DNA of 64,000 bases, taken from the NCBI RefSeq assembly GCF_009914755.1, contig NC_060936.1, one strand, 5' to 3'. The stretch is from the human T2T-CHM13v2.0 reference genome, Homo sapiens. The notes beneath the pieces are model-generated. The model ran no database searches. It saw nothing but the letters and a program-made list of their open reading frames with translations, and was not told the DNA's origin. Positions within the stretch are counted from its first letter, which is position 1. Each line of letters starts with the position of its first letter. Below are positions 13,851-26,687 of the stretch, in pieces. The translations under genes and the position numbers were made by a program.

Positions 13851-14147
13851 AATGGGGTAATATGATCGGATTTGTGAGTGAAAGTATCAGTCTGGCCACA
13901 GTGTAATGGATTGGAGGGACTGGATGGATGCAGGTGGACCAATTATAAAACTTGTGTCCGTGGCCAGGTGAAAGGTGGGACTAGGGCAATGGTGATGGAG
14001 ATGGAAAGAGGTGAATGGGGTTGAGAGCTTTGGGAAGGTGAAAGCTTTGGTACTTGGGAATCAATTGGAGGTGGTGGGATAGACAGAAAGGGAGGAAGAG
14101 GATGACTTCTAGGCATTAATAATACAAAATAGTAGATAATTCAATAG

Positions 14148-14520
<373 letters not shown>

Positions 14521-14582
14521 AAAAATTCTTTACTTTTTATTAAAGTAATATATGCACACAGTTTGAAAAGCGAAACAATAGT

Positions 14583-14997
14583 TACGTTAGGCCATTCTCA
14601 CGTTGCTATAAGGAAATACCTGAGAGTGGATAATTTATAAGAAAAGAGGTTTAATTGGCTCACGGTTCTGTGGGTTGTACAGGAAGCATGGAGGCATCTG
14701 CTTCTGGGGAGGCTTCAGGGAGCTTTTACTCACGGTAGAAGTCAAAGTGGGAGCAGGCAGTTCACGTGGCGAAACCAGAAGCAAGAGAGCGAGGTGGGCA
14801 GTGCCACATACTTTAAAACAACCAGATATCATGAGAACTCACTCGCTATCTCAAGGACAGCACCAAGGACATGGTGCCAAACCATTCATGAGAACTCCAC
14901 CCCCATTACCCAGTCACCTCCCACCAGGACCTACCTCTAATATTGGAGATTACATTTGACATAAAGTTTGGGTGGAGACAGATCCAAAACCATATCA
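14583..14997 (-). mobile_element. MSTA/MSTB MaLR solo LTR
   Basis: MST LTR sequence ending 'accatatca'; TSD 'atagt' at 14578-14582 and 14998-15002. Confidence 0.88.
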
Positions 14998-15164
14998 ATA
15001 GTATAAGGCTTCCAAGGAAAACCAGCTTGCCCATGTCTCTCTCTTCCTTACCATGAAGCCAATCCACAGGGGGACCACTTTCAATTATTTTAAGTTCGTT
15101 TTCTGGGATTGACCTTTATTTTTTCCCAGTAAATGCAGACGTTGCTATTTCTTGATTTACTTTT

Positions 15165-15740
15165 TCATTTTCTAAAGCACCTACTATGTGCCAGTCACTC
15201 TGTTCTAACCATGGATGCATCGGCAAACAAATTATGGATACATGTAGCAAACAGAATTCCCTGTCCTCGTGGTGCTTTCCTTCCAGTAGGGAGAATAAGC
15301 AAATGTTTAAATAAAATATTACTATAACCATCTCATTATAATGAGGTGGTGCCCTTTATAGAGATGATTATAAATAATATGGAGAAAAGTGAACAACAGC
15401 AGAGGTGATGTAGGGAATGTCAGGGAAGAAGTACAGTGTTAAATGACGTAGTGGGAGAAGGCGGTGACCTTACTGAGAAGATGGCATCTGAGCACAGAGC
15501 CTGAAGGATGGGAGGACTGGACCTTGTGGATATTAGGGGAAGGACATGCTAAGCAACGGGAACAGCATGTGCAAAGGCCCTGAGGTGGGAGGACATGGGG
15601 TAACTGAGGAACAGAACAGCAAAGGGGCCTTTACTGCTGGAGGAAAGTGAATGAGGAGGAGAGTAATTTGGGTGGGGTAAGCCAGGGTGACACAGATTGC
15701 ATAGGGCCTTTGGGCTACCATAAGGACTGTGACTCTGCAT
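15165..15740 (-). mobile_element. L2 3' fragment
   Basis: 'gcacctactatgtgccag...aacagcatgtgcaaaggccctgaggtggg'. Confidence 0.8.
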
Positions 15741-16564
15741 GATGGGCATTACCTCTTGCCTTTGTACATGTATGTTGTCTACCACTTTCTTTGCCTCCCC
15801 CATAATTTTTTGGTTAAATCAGTGTTCAGTGTATCTGTCATTATCACTATCAAAGACTATTTTCTGCATTGTCAAGCAGTATATTATAATGTTCATTTAA
15901 TCTCTTGTAAACATTTTGTTAATAATTGCCTCATTTTCTTCACCTGCTTAATTTTCAGTGTTCCTGTTTATAATTCTTTCCAGATTTTCCAACAGAGTTG
16001 GAAAAAACCCTCTAAACATGGTTTTCTATGGGATCAGATGCATCAGGCTCTGGACCATTCAGTTCCTTTCCTCCTGGAGCCTTCCATTGCGGAAGCTTCC
16101 CTCCCCCACTGTCTTGCCTGCTTTCTCTCTGCCCTGTACAGCTGGTGTCCTGGGAATCTTTTTCCTTCCCTTCTACATTGGGTCTTCGTTTTCCTGGGCT
16201 ATATGTTGCTTCTTTCTTGGTTTATTTCTTCTCTGGATGGGACAAACCCTTCAGTAGGGTAAGAAAGGGTAAATGGAAAGTACAGTTTTGAGCTTTCATG
16301 CCTAAAAATGCCTTTATGCAGTTCTCAAACTTTATTAATTACTGGATGGATGTTAAATTCCAGAATGGGTATCATGGTTTCTTAGAATTTTGAAAGCATT
16401 GCTTTGCTGTTTCCTAACTTCCACCCTTGCTGCAAGAAGTCAACGCTTTTCTGATTGCTTTGTACGTGAACTTCTGTCCCTCTGCAGGTTGTTAAGCTTT
16501 TCTCTTTCTGGATGCTCCGCAGTCACGTTACGTGCATTGTTGTGGAGGTGTTGGACATTAGGCA

Positions 16565-16729
16565 CACGGTTCCTAGAAAAAACAGAGGATGCCTGTTACA
16601 TGTGAATTTTAGATAAACTAGGAGTAATTTGTGCAATGTTTGGGACATACTTGTACTAAAAGATTTAAATGTAAAATTTAAATGTACCTGGTGTCCTTTT
16701 TTGTTTGTTTTTGCTAAATCTGGCAACCT
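16565..16729. mobile_element. MER53 hAT MITE
   Basis: Palindromic element with 'tgcaatgtttgggacatacttgtactaaaa' and end 'gctaaatctggcaacct'. Confidence 0.75.
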
Positions 16730-16968
16730 CAGAACTCAGCCTCTTCAGTCCAGAGACTCAGTTTGGGGCCATTTTCATGTGTCGTTTCTTTTCTTTTAAA
16801 TTAAAATATTAGTCTAAGGGTAAAAAGGTAAAACATTTCAATAAGGCTTATAACAACAGTAACAATCCCCTGCCCTAGCCTTCCTCATCCCTATCTTGCA
16901 TCCTTCAGAAACAATTTCTTGGAACTCTTTAGCTGTTTCTTCTACATTTGTCACTGGATTTCTCAGTA

Positions 16969-17296
16969 CAGGTTGCGGATCCTTTATCTCACATACCTGG
17001 ACCAGACATGTTTCGAATTTTAGAGTTTTTTTTTTTTTTTTGGAATATTTGCATATACATAATGAGTTATCTTGGGGTTGGTACCCAAGTCTAAACCAAA
17101 ATTCATTTATGTTTCATATACACTTTGTACACATAGCCTGAAGGTAATTTTTAAATAACTCTGTGCATGAAACAAAGTTTGTGTACATCGAACCCCCAGA
17201 AAGCAAAGGTGTCACTATTTCATGTTGGCACTCAACAAGTTTCAGACTTTGGAGCATTTTGGATTTTGGATTTTGGGATTAGGGATGCTAGACCTG
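16969..17296. mobile_element. Tigger4b (Zombi/MER46) DNA transposon
   Basis: TIRs 'caggttg' / 'agggatgctagacctg' with TA flanks. Confidence 0.8.
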
Positions 17297-17803
17297 TAAC
17301 ATACTAACATTGCTTTTTAATTTTTATTTTTTAAGTCTTAGGAAAATTGACTTCCAACTATGGAAGATAAGGATTTAGCTTTCTTACACTGCCCACCGTT
17401 ACTCTCCACAATATAGACACATACCCATCTCAACCAACTGTAATATAAATGACATATTTATTAGTTCAGTGTTCATCCTACTTTATTATGATGGTGTCAA
17501 TAGTATTCCTCCTCGAGCGACATAATGTCCAGTGTTGTATTTGTGTTTCCTTTCTTGTACTACTTTTTGCTTTCTTCTGGAGTTACTGAACATCTTCTTT
17601 TTCCTTGTTGAGTTTTCTATATACCTATCACTGATACCCAAATGGAGAGTGGAGTTCAGTAAACTTCCCACCAGAAATGTCAATCTCCTCCTACATGCAA
17701 ATGCACCAGGCTCTCTCTCACCTTCATCTTGACTTCTGGGGCCACTCTGTCCCACTGCTCCAGTATGGTCTAGGCCTGTTGCTTCACCACTGTCCTGGAA
17801 CAC

Positions 17804-17809
<6 letters not shown>

Positions 17810-17837
<28 letters not shown>

Positions 17838-18124
17838 GAGACGGAGTCTCGCTCTGTTGCCCAGGCTGGAGTGCCATGGTGCTATCTCAGCTCACTGCAA
17901 GCTCTGCCTCCTGGGTTCACGCCATTCTCCTCCCTCAGCCTCCCAAGTAGCTTAGACTACAGGCGCCCGCCACCACGCCCAGCTAATTTTTTTTTTTTTA
18001 ATTTTTAGTAGAGACGGGGTTTCATCGTGTTAGCCAGGATGGTCTCGATCTCCTAACCTCGTGATCCACCTGCCTTGGCCTCTTAAAGTGCTGGGATTAC
18101 AGACGTGAGCCACCACGCCCAGCC
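17810..18124 (-). mobile_element. AluY
   Basis: AluY diagnostics; TSD 'ggaacacctcttt'. Confidence 0.95.
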
Positions 18125-19586
18125 GGAACACCTCTTTATTATTGTCCAAAGATTTCCCTCTGCCTCTCTGCTGCAAGTAGTTGCTTTGATGAGGATAGCA
18201 TTTGAGTTTGAAAACCACCCCCATTGTCTTCTAGTTTCTAATGATGCTTTTGGTAAAATCTGATATCTTAATTTCTAAATTTCATGATGCTATACCTTGA
18301 TGTAGGTCTATCTTTATCCATTTTCTTGAGTGTTCATTGGGCACTCTGGGTCTGGAAATGCATGTTTTCAATTCTTGAACGTTTAAAAAACTATTTCTTT
18401 AATAATATTCTTTCATTCTTTTTGCCTGTTCTCTTTTTCTATAACTCTGGATCCCCTGGGCTGGTTCTCAAATTTCCTTATTTTTTCTCTATTCTTTTCC
18501 ATTTTACTTTCTGGGAGAGTTCGTCAACCCTAGTTTCTAGCTCTTCTGTTGAAGTTTTGATTTTGGCTGTCATATTTTTAATTTCCAAAGAATTATTTCC
18601 TTCTTCTTGGGTGGTTCCTTTTTTTAATAGCAGCCTGTTCTTCTTTCATGGATAAAATAGTCCATCTTATTTATCTGAGGCTTTTTAATATGTCTGAAGT
18701 TTTTTTCTTGCTTCTGGAATTTTCTGTTTTCTCTGAGTTTCTGTCTTTGGTTTTGACCTTTCAGAGGCTTTCCTGAGATGTTTGTAATTTGATGATCTCT
18801 GTTCATTTTCATGAGTGAAATACTAAGAAGCTTACTGGAATCTCTGTGTCTTTGGAGCTTGTGGAGTGGTGAGCTTACTGCAGAGTGATGAAGCTGGGAT
18901 CAGGCTGTCTCACTGGGGGCCTCCAGTGTCTACAGGCCTTTTTTTCTTGGAATCCTTTGGTTTTTCCAGGAAAATATTCTCCAACTGCCTGTTTGATATT
19001 ACCCTGGGAGCAGAGCAGGGGAAGTGGCCAACTGTCTCACCATTCAGCATGTGGACTTTCCCCTCACACTTAACTCCTTGCTTTCAGTACAGTTCCTCCA
19101 GAGCCTTATATGGTGCCAGCTTTCCTTGAGTCTAGGCCTTTCTGGTCTAGTTTCTCCAGAATAAATTTTACATCTTTTGACAAGGTGGTGGGATGAGTAG
19201 GTGCTTGGCTTTGTGAGGTTGCAAAGGAGACCTGAAAAGGTGTGTCCACCTGCAACCAGTTTTTAGCTCTGCCCCTCAACCCTGCTTCTGTCAACTGACA
19301 CCCTCAACTCCTGAGCCTTTATAGGTTCCTGGGGGTAAATCAGGTTGTATCTCACTGACATCAGCAGGGACTCAGGCTTTAAATCTTGCCCCCTCCCAAG
19401 TAAAATGCTATTTCTCCAGGGGCTTTCCATCATCTGCAAATTGGCTTTTAATATTTTCATCCACTATTCTGATTTATTTGTCTATGTAATTTACCTCCTC
19501 TCTCCTCCGTAAAATTTTCCTACACTGTTATTTTTGTAGGGTTTCAGGAGGGAGCAAAAAAAAAAAAATCCAACTTTAAAAAAATG

Positions 19587-19783
<197 letters not shown>

Positions 19784-19884
19784 GAGTTGATCCCAACTTT
19801 TTAATCAGCCATTTTAAACTCTAGATCAGATGGACTTCCCCAGTAATGTTTTCTTTGGGCTTATATAAAAATTACGGTGCATTC

Positions 19885-20196
19885 AGTGGCTCACGCCTGT
19901 AATCCCAGCACTTTGGGAGGCGGAGGCAGGCGGATCACGAGGTCAGGAGATCGAGATTGAGACCATCCTGGCCAACACGGTGAAACCCCGTCTCTGCTAA
20001 AAATACAAAAATTAGCCGGGTGTGGTAGCGGGCGCCTGTAATCCCGGCTACTCGGGAGGCTGAGGCAGGAGAATCATTTGAACCCCGGGAGTCGGAGGTT
20101 GCAGTGAGCCAAGATCGCCATTGCACCCAGCCTGGCGACAGAACGAGACCCCATCTCAAAAAATAAAAATAAAATAAAAATTAATAAAATAAAATA
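19885..20196 (+). mobile_element. AluSc-like element, slightly 5'-truncated
   Basis: Sense Alu with 'cctggcgacag'; 18-bp TSD 'aaaaattacggtgcattc'. Confidence 0.92.
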
Positions 20197-20223
20197 AAAA
20201 ATTACGGTGCATTCCCTAAGAAC

Positions 20224-20242
20224 ATGCTGTAGGTGGCGCCAT
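20224..20242 (+). promoter_or_regulatory. CTCF-like motif
   Basis: 'gctgtAGGTGGCGCca' matches the 3' half of the CTCF core. Confidence 0.35.
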
Positions 20243-20526
20243 AGAGCAGTCCAGGGAGAAAGCTTATGATGTTTAATTTACATTCATAGCAGGAGAATTG
20301 AGTCTAATGACCCGTAGCGTTTGGAACTTGTGTTCAGGCACCTGACACAACTCCACATTTATGAACGCAAAAGTGCCTGTACAGTCTTTTCCTGAATCAC
20401 ATGTGTGTGGGAAGAGCAATGAGCTTTCTGTTCATTTCCCTTTGAAACAACCAAAGAAAACTTTGACCATTTGCTAAGGTGTTACCTTTCACCTGATGGC
20501 CACTGGAATTTCACACAGAGATTTTT

Positions 20527-20530
<4 letters not shown>

Positions 20531-20559
<29 letters not shown>
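20531..20559. repeat. Poly(T) tract of about 29 nt
   Basis: Direct read; no attached SINE/LINE body. Confidence 0.95.
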
Positions 20560-20562
<3 letters not shown>

Positions 20563-23234
20563 ACTTTGCAAGAGCTATTGCACCCTGACGAAGCCAGCAG
20601 GAAGCCTCTGGGCAATGTCCTTGTGAGTCTGACGCCAGACAGTCAGTGACTGTCACCAGGCAAACTGCTGTCCTGAGCACCAGGCTTTACAGTTAAATTT
20701 GTGCTTGAGTAAGATTACAAGTTACTCCATGTTATGGACCTTTGGGCTTGCTCCCAAATGATTTAAATTACAAATATGAAGTCTTTTCCTTCTGCAGAAA
20801 TCTATTGCATGGGCACAATCATGATACCAACTGGAGTTTATGGAAACCTTATTTACCTTTTCCAAAGCAGTTTCACAAACACCTTGTTGTCGTTGCTTCC
20901 GTTTCACGTGCAGAAACAGAAATGACAATGATTGCTGGTTTGTTTGGCTACGCTGGCTTGCCCTTGGAGTGCTTTGTGGTAGTCACAGAGACACACGCAT
21001 TGTGTCAGGTATGACAAGTGAGGAGTTTAACTTTGCCCAGGCCACGGCAGAGGCGGATGTTAAACACAGGACTTCGGGCAGCACATCTCACAGGCTTTGC
21101 AATAGAGTGTGGGCCAGATGGTAAAGGCAGCAGAGAGATCAGTCACGCAGGGGACAGCCAAAGGGGCTCTTGGAGGTGGGGGTTCAGCCGGGCCTAGAGG
21201 GACTGGACTCAGCATTGTGGGAAGGAGACTCGAGAACATTCCGGCATGGTAGGGGCGGGGTAAGGAGGAGCCAGGTGGTGGCAGGAACTCTTTCAGGGAG
21301 AGAGGAACGCGCCTGACGCTGGTGCAGGCTGAGGGTCCGAGAGGGGGACCCCTCGACCATGTGGATGGTGGGAGGTGTCAGGGAGCAGTGAGAGCAGCTG
21401 GATAGATCAGATGAGACTGTGCCTTCTGGGGCCTGGAAGTCAGGCACATGGCTTGGACTTGACTCTAGAGGGACTCAGGGGCCATTAAAGGTGGAGTATT
21501 AATGACAGCAGTATTAAGGACAACACGGGCAGAAATGGCTTCAGGTTGTACAAGCTCATAGTCACTGATTAGTTGCTGGAGTTCAGTGGGTGGCAGTGGG
21601 AGGTACAGTTTGAACAGACCAGAGCACCTAAGGATGGGGACTCGGTAGGAGCTCACTAGGCAAATGCCAGCGGGGTGAGGAAGGACACTGGTGTGTCCAG
21701 GTTTCTCAGTTCCATCCCTCATGCGACACAACCTCATATCACTAACTACATGTCCTTTTGTTCTGGTTCCTCCCTGGCAGGAAAAATGCTGGCAGGTGGT
21801 GCAAGCAAGGACATCTATGCATAGAATTCTGACAGCAGCTGGACCCTCAACTTCTTCAGAAGACGAGAACCCTGCCTGGCACCGCTGGCAGGCATCTGGC
21901 CTGACACCGCTCTGGAGGCCTCCCACAAGCAGCAACCAAGCCAGAAAAAGTTGAGACCAGACCCGTTGTCCCTAAAGATGGGGCCCAGAATGTTGGGGTG
22001 AAGCTGTAGGAACAGGGTGAAAGCTGGTGGTGTGAGCAAAGAGACCAGCTATGGGGTGGTCAGGGGATTCCGGGAGGTGCATGGGTATGTTGCAGACCCC
22101 CCCAGGACAAGGGTGGCTGTGGAAGAATGGCAAATAAACACAAGGCAAAGTCTCAGAGGCTGTGCATTATGCCATGAGAAAACGTCGACGGCCAAGTTAG
22201 GCAGACAAGCCAAGCGGTCTCCACAAGAGTAGGCAGGGATCCAAAATTCAGAGCACCTGCAGCTTGCTGGGCATCCTCACTACACAGGAGGATGTGATGG
22301 CCACACATAGATCACCAGGAAGAGGGCTTGATCACCCTCTGCCATGAGCCGGCCCACAGATAGGGGACATTCTGCAAGAAAGTAAGATGCGTAACCCATG
22401 ATCTAAGAGTTATCTGCCTCTGATAGACACACGAGTGGGCAAATATCAAGGGCAGAGTTATTTTTTTACATGGACTTCCCAGAGGCCAGATGATGCTGTG
22501 TGCGGGGTCTCCCAGGTAACAGTAAGGATGTTCTTTCTAGTCACCCGCATTGTTCTTGCAACTGACAGCTGTTCTCTCTTGGCCTGTCCTCAGTGGAAGG
22601 GGGTAATGCTACTTCTTAACAATCAAACAAGCCCTTGCACTCTTCTAGGATCTCTGGTGGGGGACATTCCCACTGCTAGTCACTCATTCACGTATCTTTT
22701 CCACTTCCTGACAAAATGAAGGACTAGGATGATTTTCTTGTGTGGAATTTTGTTTCCTAATGAGGTGTTGCTGAGGCTCCAGGTTGCTTTAATGCCCACA
22801 CCCTCCCAGATTGTCCTGAGTGCTGGGGCTTCATGACGTTGCTGCAGAAGTCTGGACAGCAGGGACCGTAGCCTTCGCCATGTGTCTAGCAGAGCACCTG
22901 ATACAGAATTGTCACTCATACAATGTGTGGTGAATGAATGAGTGAGGAAATAAATGAAGGAAGTGCTGGATCTGGTTAATACATACGGTTAAAACACATA
23001 CAAATAATCAGGAGCCCACACATTATTTACTACAAGTGAAGGTGGCTGTCAAACATCCCTGAAAAACACGCACACACACAAACATATACACACCCCTTTT
23101 CTCTGCCAGGCTTCTCTAAATAAACCCAGTAACTCTACTAGATGAACTCTACCCAATTTCTGACTACATAAACCCAACAATTCTGACATCTCCTGTGAGG
23201 GTCTGTTTCCCAAACCATGTCTAGCATTGATTTG

Positions 23235-23502
23235 TTCATCACTCAGCAAGCGTTCATTGAGTGCCCACTATGTACTGAGCACTTTTCTAGGTGAATGAAA
23301 TGAATAAAGCAACAAGAGCCCATGCCCCTATGAAGGCTGGGTTCTGGTTGGGGAGAAAGGCACACAATACAATAAATAATTAAAATATGTTGTATGCTAG
23401 GAGAGTATAGGCAACAGAGGAAAATCAAGCAAGGGGGCTAGAGAATACAGCAGGAGTATGTGTGTGTGTGAGTGATCGCGTGTGTGTGTGTGTGTGATTG
23501 CA

Positions 23503-23539
<37 letters not shown>

Positions 23540-24150
23540 CGCGGGGTGGACAGCAGCTTAAAGCAAGGGAGACAAGGAAAGTATGACTTACAAGGTAATG
23601 TTTGCATTAACAGCAGAATGAGGCCAAAGGGAGCCAGGTAGATGTGCAGTGCAGGGGAGGGTTAGAAATTAGAAACGTTCTCGGAGAAGGAGCAAGTGCA
23701 AAGGCCCTGAGGTGGGTGTGTGGCTGGCATGTTCCAGGAACAGCAAGGAGAGCATTGTGGCATGCGGGGGGCAGTGAGCCAGCAGGAGAGCAGGAGGTGG
23801 GGCCAGGGACAGTTGAGTGGTGGAGAGTGGGGCCCATCAGCCGGGGCCTTGCAGGTCTTTGCTTATACTCTGAGTTGGAGGAGAGGCCATTCCTCCAGGG
23901 TTTTGAGCAGAGATGGGATATGACCGGACGTAAATTGTAACAGAATTGCCAGTTAGGAGGCTGTTTGAATAATCCAGCAGGGAGCTGAGGATGGTTTGGA
24001 CTAGGCTGTCGCAGTGGAGGTGGAGACGCGGACAGATCCTGATCATTTTGCAGAGCGTGCCAACAGGAGGAACTGGATGCGGAGTGGGCGTGAGAGAAAG
24101 CGGAGGCCAGGAGGACTCCAAGGTGGTGAACTTGAGTGGTGGGTGGAAGA
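23235..24150 (-). mobile_element. L2 fragment with an embedded (TG)n repeat
   Basis: 'ttcattgagtgcccactatgtactgagcac' and 'gcaaaggccctgaggtggg...ttccaggaacagcaaggag'. Confidence 0.8.
23459..23539. repeat. Interrupted (TG)n microsatellite
   Basis: Direct read. Confidence 0.95.
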
Positions 24151-26403
24151 AGGGAAAGGCAGTTGAGCCAGCAACTGGGCCCTGGAGGCTGGACCCCTCT
24201 TCCTGGCTGCTGCTTGGGGCTGGTTACCACCCCTCTGAGAAGCTCCCAGAGGCTGGCCTGCGGGGCCACCCTAGCCAGCGAAGCAGGCTCTGATGCCGGC
24301 CGACCCTCCTCCATGTTTCAGAGCAGGTCTAGCGGGGCCTGACCCCATGTCCCAGCCTCCACCTTTCTCTCGAGGAAGCCAGTGGGAGGAGACACTGTCA
24401 TTGCACTCCCTGCCTGTCTTCCTGACCCCGTGTTGGGGTGGGAGGCATCTGAGTGTCTGTGATTCATTCTGAGTTTCTCACCCTTCCTGCCCTTCACACA
24501 CCCACCCCCCAATTTTATTCACTACCTTCTTCACATTCCCACTTTCCACACTCACACTAGAGCAGGCCAGGTCTGCTTCTTGGCTGGCCATGTGACAGAG
24601 CACCCACAAGAAAGTAGCTAGAGAACCCTAAAGTACCCTCGGGCCAGGGAAATGCCACCAAGTCTATGGCGACAGAGCCGTAGAGACAGACTATCTGGAA
24701 GGTGCTCCTTCCACCTAGCCACTCCTAGGAAAGTTGGGGATATGACTGGCACTGACTCCAGCTGGCAAGTGACATCTGCTGGAAGCTACTCCAAAATGGG
24801 AAGCAGGACACCAAATACTCTGGGATAGAGGTGGTGGGGAAGGGAAAGCTGGGTATGTGGAGTGCCTCAGCAGAAGGACCTGAAACCATTCTGGAGAAAA
24901 GAAGAAAAACCAGTAGGAGGCTGAGAACACCTCCATCATAGCTCCTGAGGAGGGGCCAGGGTGGTCTCTTCCAGAGTGGACAGATAATGGGGGATGGCCC
25001 CCCACCATGATGCGAGCAGGAGGGCTGATGGCCCAGGCTGCCCTCCAGCTGGCCCTGCCCTCTGCGTCTGCTTGTCTTTGGAATGTGTCTCTCCAGGGGT
25101 GACTCTTGTCTTTATTTTCAGGGTGAGGTAACAGAGAAACAATTTGCCAGGACACTCTTGGGTGCTGTAGGCTGATATTTGAAAGATTCTGCTTCCAGAG
25201 CTCAGCTGGGCTGGCTGATGACCATGGAGCTTCCTGGGCTGTCGAAGGGCAGACCTCAGGGCTGTTAATTCACTCGAGTACATGGCGGCCACAGCATGGG
25301 AGAGTGGAAAAGCTTTGGGCTGAAGCATAGAGAGCTGGGGGGCAGCCGCAGCCCTGCCACTACCTCACTGTGGGATTCACATCAGCACTCCACATCTTCA
25401 TTCCCTAGTTAGCTCACCTGGGAAATGGGGAAATGGACCAGATCATCTCCAGTGTCTCTTCCCACTTAGTAATTCTGAGATTAGTAACTGTCATGAGAAT
25501 AACCAAGGGTGAACCGATTTCTAAGTCCATGCTGGAAAATGGAAGCCCTCTCCTCTTGGCTAGGGAGATGCATGTAAATTCCACACCTGTTAAGCATCCA
25601 TGCTCTGTGGCAGGAAGTTATAATAACCAGGTGACTCTGGCTCTTATTACAGTGATTCTGGGTCCAGGCAAGAGTGGCAGGTTTTTGGGATGACCTGTGA
25701 CATAGGGTTGCTGGGATGATTAAGTGAGTTGCTGTAAGCACAGTGCTTCCTGTGCCTGCCTGGCGGGAAGCATGCCTAAGTGTTAACCATCATCATTATT
25801 ATCATCACTATTATGGGATGGGTCACACAGACTTTCCCTTTCTGCTAAGGAAGACTGGAATTCCTCAGCTTCAGTTTCATGGGGCTCCTAGGCCAAGCCA
25901 ACAGCCCTGATTGAACCCTGGGCCTGCTTTGGCTTTGTGGGCTGCAGAGAAGGACCTATCTCTCTTAGCTCAATCTCAGAACACAAAGCCAACCTGGTGG
26001 CTGGGGCGAAGTGGGAGAGGTGAGGATAAGGTGAATCTGATGGTCATCGCGACAGCAAAGTGCGGTGATGTTCGTGAAAGTGCGTGTGGCTGCCGCGCTC
26101 CCTCCAAGTGTAGAAGGCCATGAACAGTTCTCCTGGCTGCCTCTTAGATGAACAATGAACCATGAACTCATTCAGTCATCTCTGTGGAGTCCTTGTGTGT
26201 CAGAACATTTTAGAGATGGGAGGTCAGTGGGTGGACCTGCACACCACACCCCCTAGCAAACGGAGGAAAGCAAGCTTCAGGGAAGGGAGGGTGGTTGGTT
26301 CACGGCGAGGCGGGGCTGAAAGAGGCTTCCAAGGTAGGGGAGCAGCACTCCAGGAGCTCTGGCTTCAAGCCCACCTGTGGCTGACAGTGAGGCTACAGTC
26401 AGA

Positions 26404-26455
26404 GATGAAGAGTGATTGATTGTCTTTATGGGATGAAGAGTGATTGTCTTTATGG
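26404..26455. repeat. Two-copy direct repeat 'gatgaagagtgatt(gatt)gtctttatgg'
   Basis: Copies at 26404-26431 and 26432-26455. Confidence 0.9.
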
Positions 26456-26498
26456 CCAAGGCCTCCACGTGCTGGACATGATGAAACAAACAAACAAA

Positions 26499-26565
26499 CA
26501 CACACACAGCTTCCTCTAGAAGCTGTGTGTGTGACCTGAGGGCCACACACATGGCCCTCAGGTCA
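26499..26565. repeat. Two abutting perfect inverted repeats (15-bp and 14-bp stems)
   Basis: 26499-26513 pairs with 26519-26533; 26532-26545 pairs with 26552-26565. Confidence 0.95.
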
Positions 26566-26670
26566 TGAGGCATGAGAATCTTTGAGCCGCACACATCAGC
26601 CCTGTAGCTTCCAGCAGAGCCCTTCCTGCCTTCCTTGAAGATTCAGAGCCACATTCGCATTCTGACTACT

Positions 26671-26687
26671 CTCCACTAGAGGGAGAC
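26671..26687 (+). promoter_or_regulatory. CTCF motif
   Basis: 'ctCCACTAGAGGGAGac' closely matches the CTCF core. Confidence 0.5.

Larger units (their letters stand above)
12960..14110 (-). mobile_element. L2 fragments, interrupted by (GT)n and a THE1D LTR
   Basis: 'tattgaggtcctcctgtc...ggcactggggatatagagataaatgaaac' and downstream L2 body motifs. Confidence 0.6.
14530..16550 (-). mobile_element. HAL1 (half-L1) copy 1, with nested MST LTR and L2
   Basis: HAL1 3'-end-like 'ttttattaaagtaatatatgcacacagtttg' and body 'cagctggtgtcctggga...agaattttgaaagcattgc'. Confidence 0.55.
16790..19550 (-). mobile_element. HAL1/old L1M copy 2, with nested Tigger4b and AluY
   Basis: Second HAL1-like 3' end ('aataaggcttataacaacag') and T-rich antisense ORF1-like body. 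Confidence 0.5.

Noticed and set aside
15729-16262. 177-aa hydrophobic ORF
   Set aside because: It is the T-rich antisense strand of HAL1/L1; the hydrophobicity is a base-composition artefact.
23607-24314. 235-aa minus-strand ORF
   Set aside because: It mostly overlaps a decayed L2 element, has no credible ATG context and no recognisable intact domain.
26404-26455. CRISPR-like repeat
   Set aside because: Only two abutting copies with no spacers, in eukaryotic DNA; this is a simple tandem duplication.
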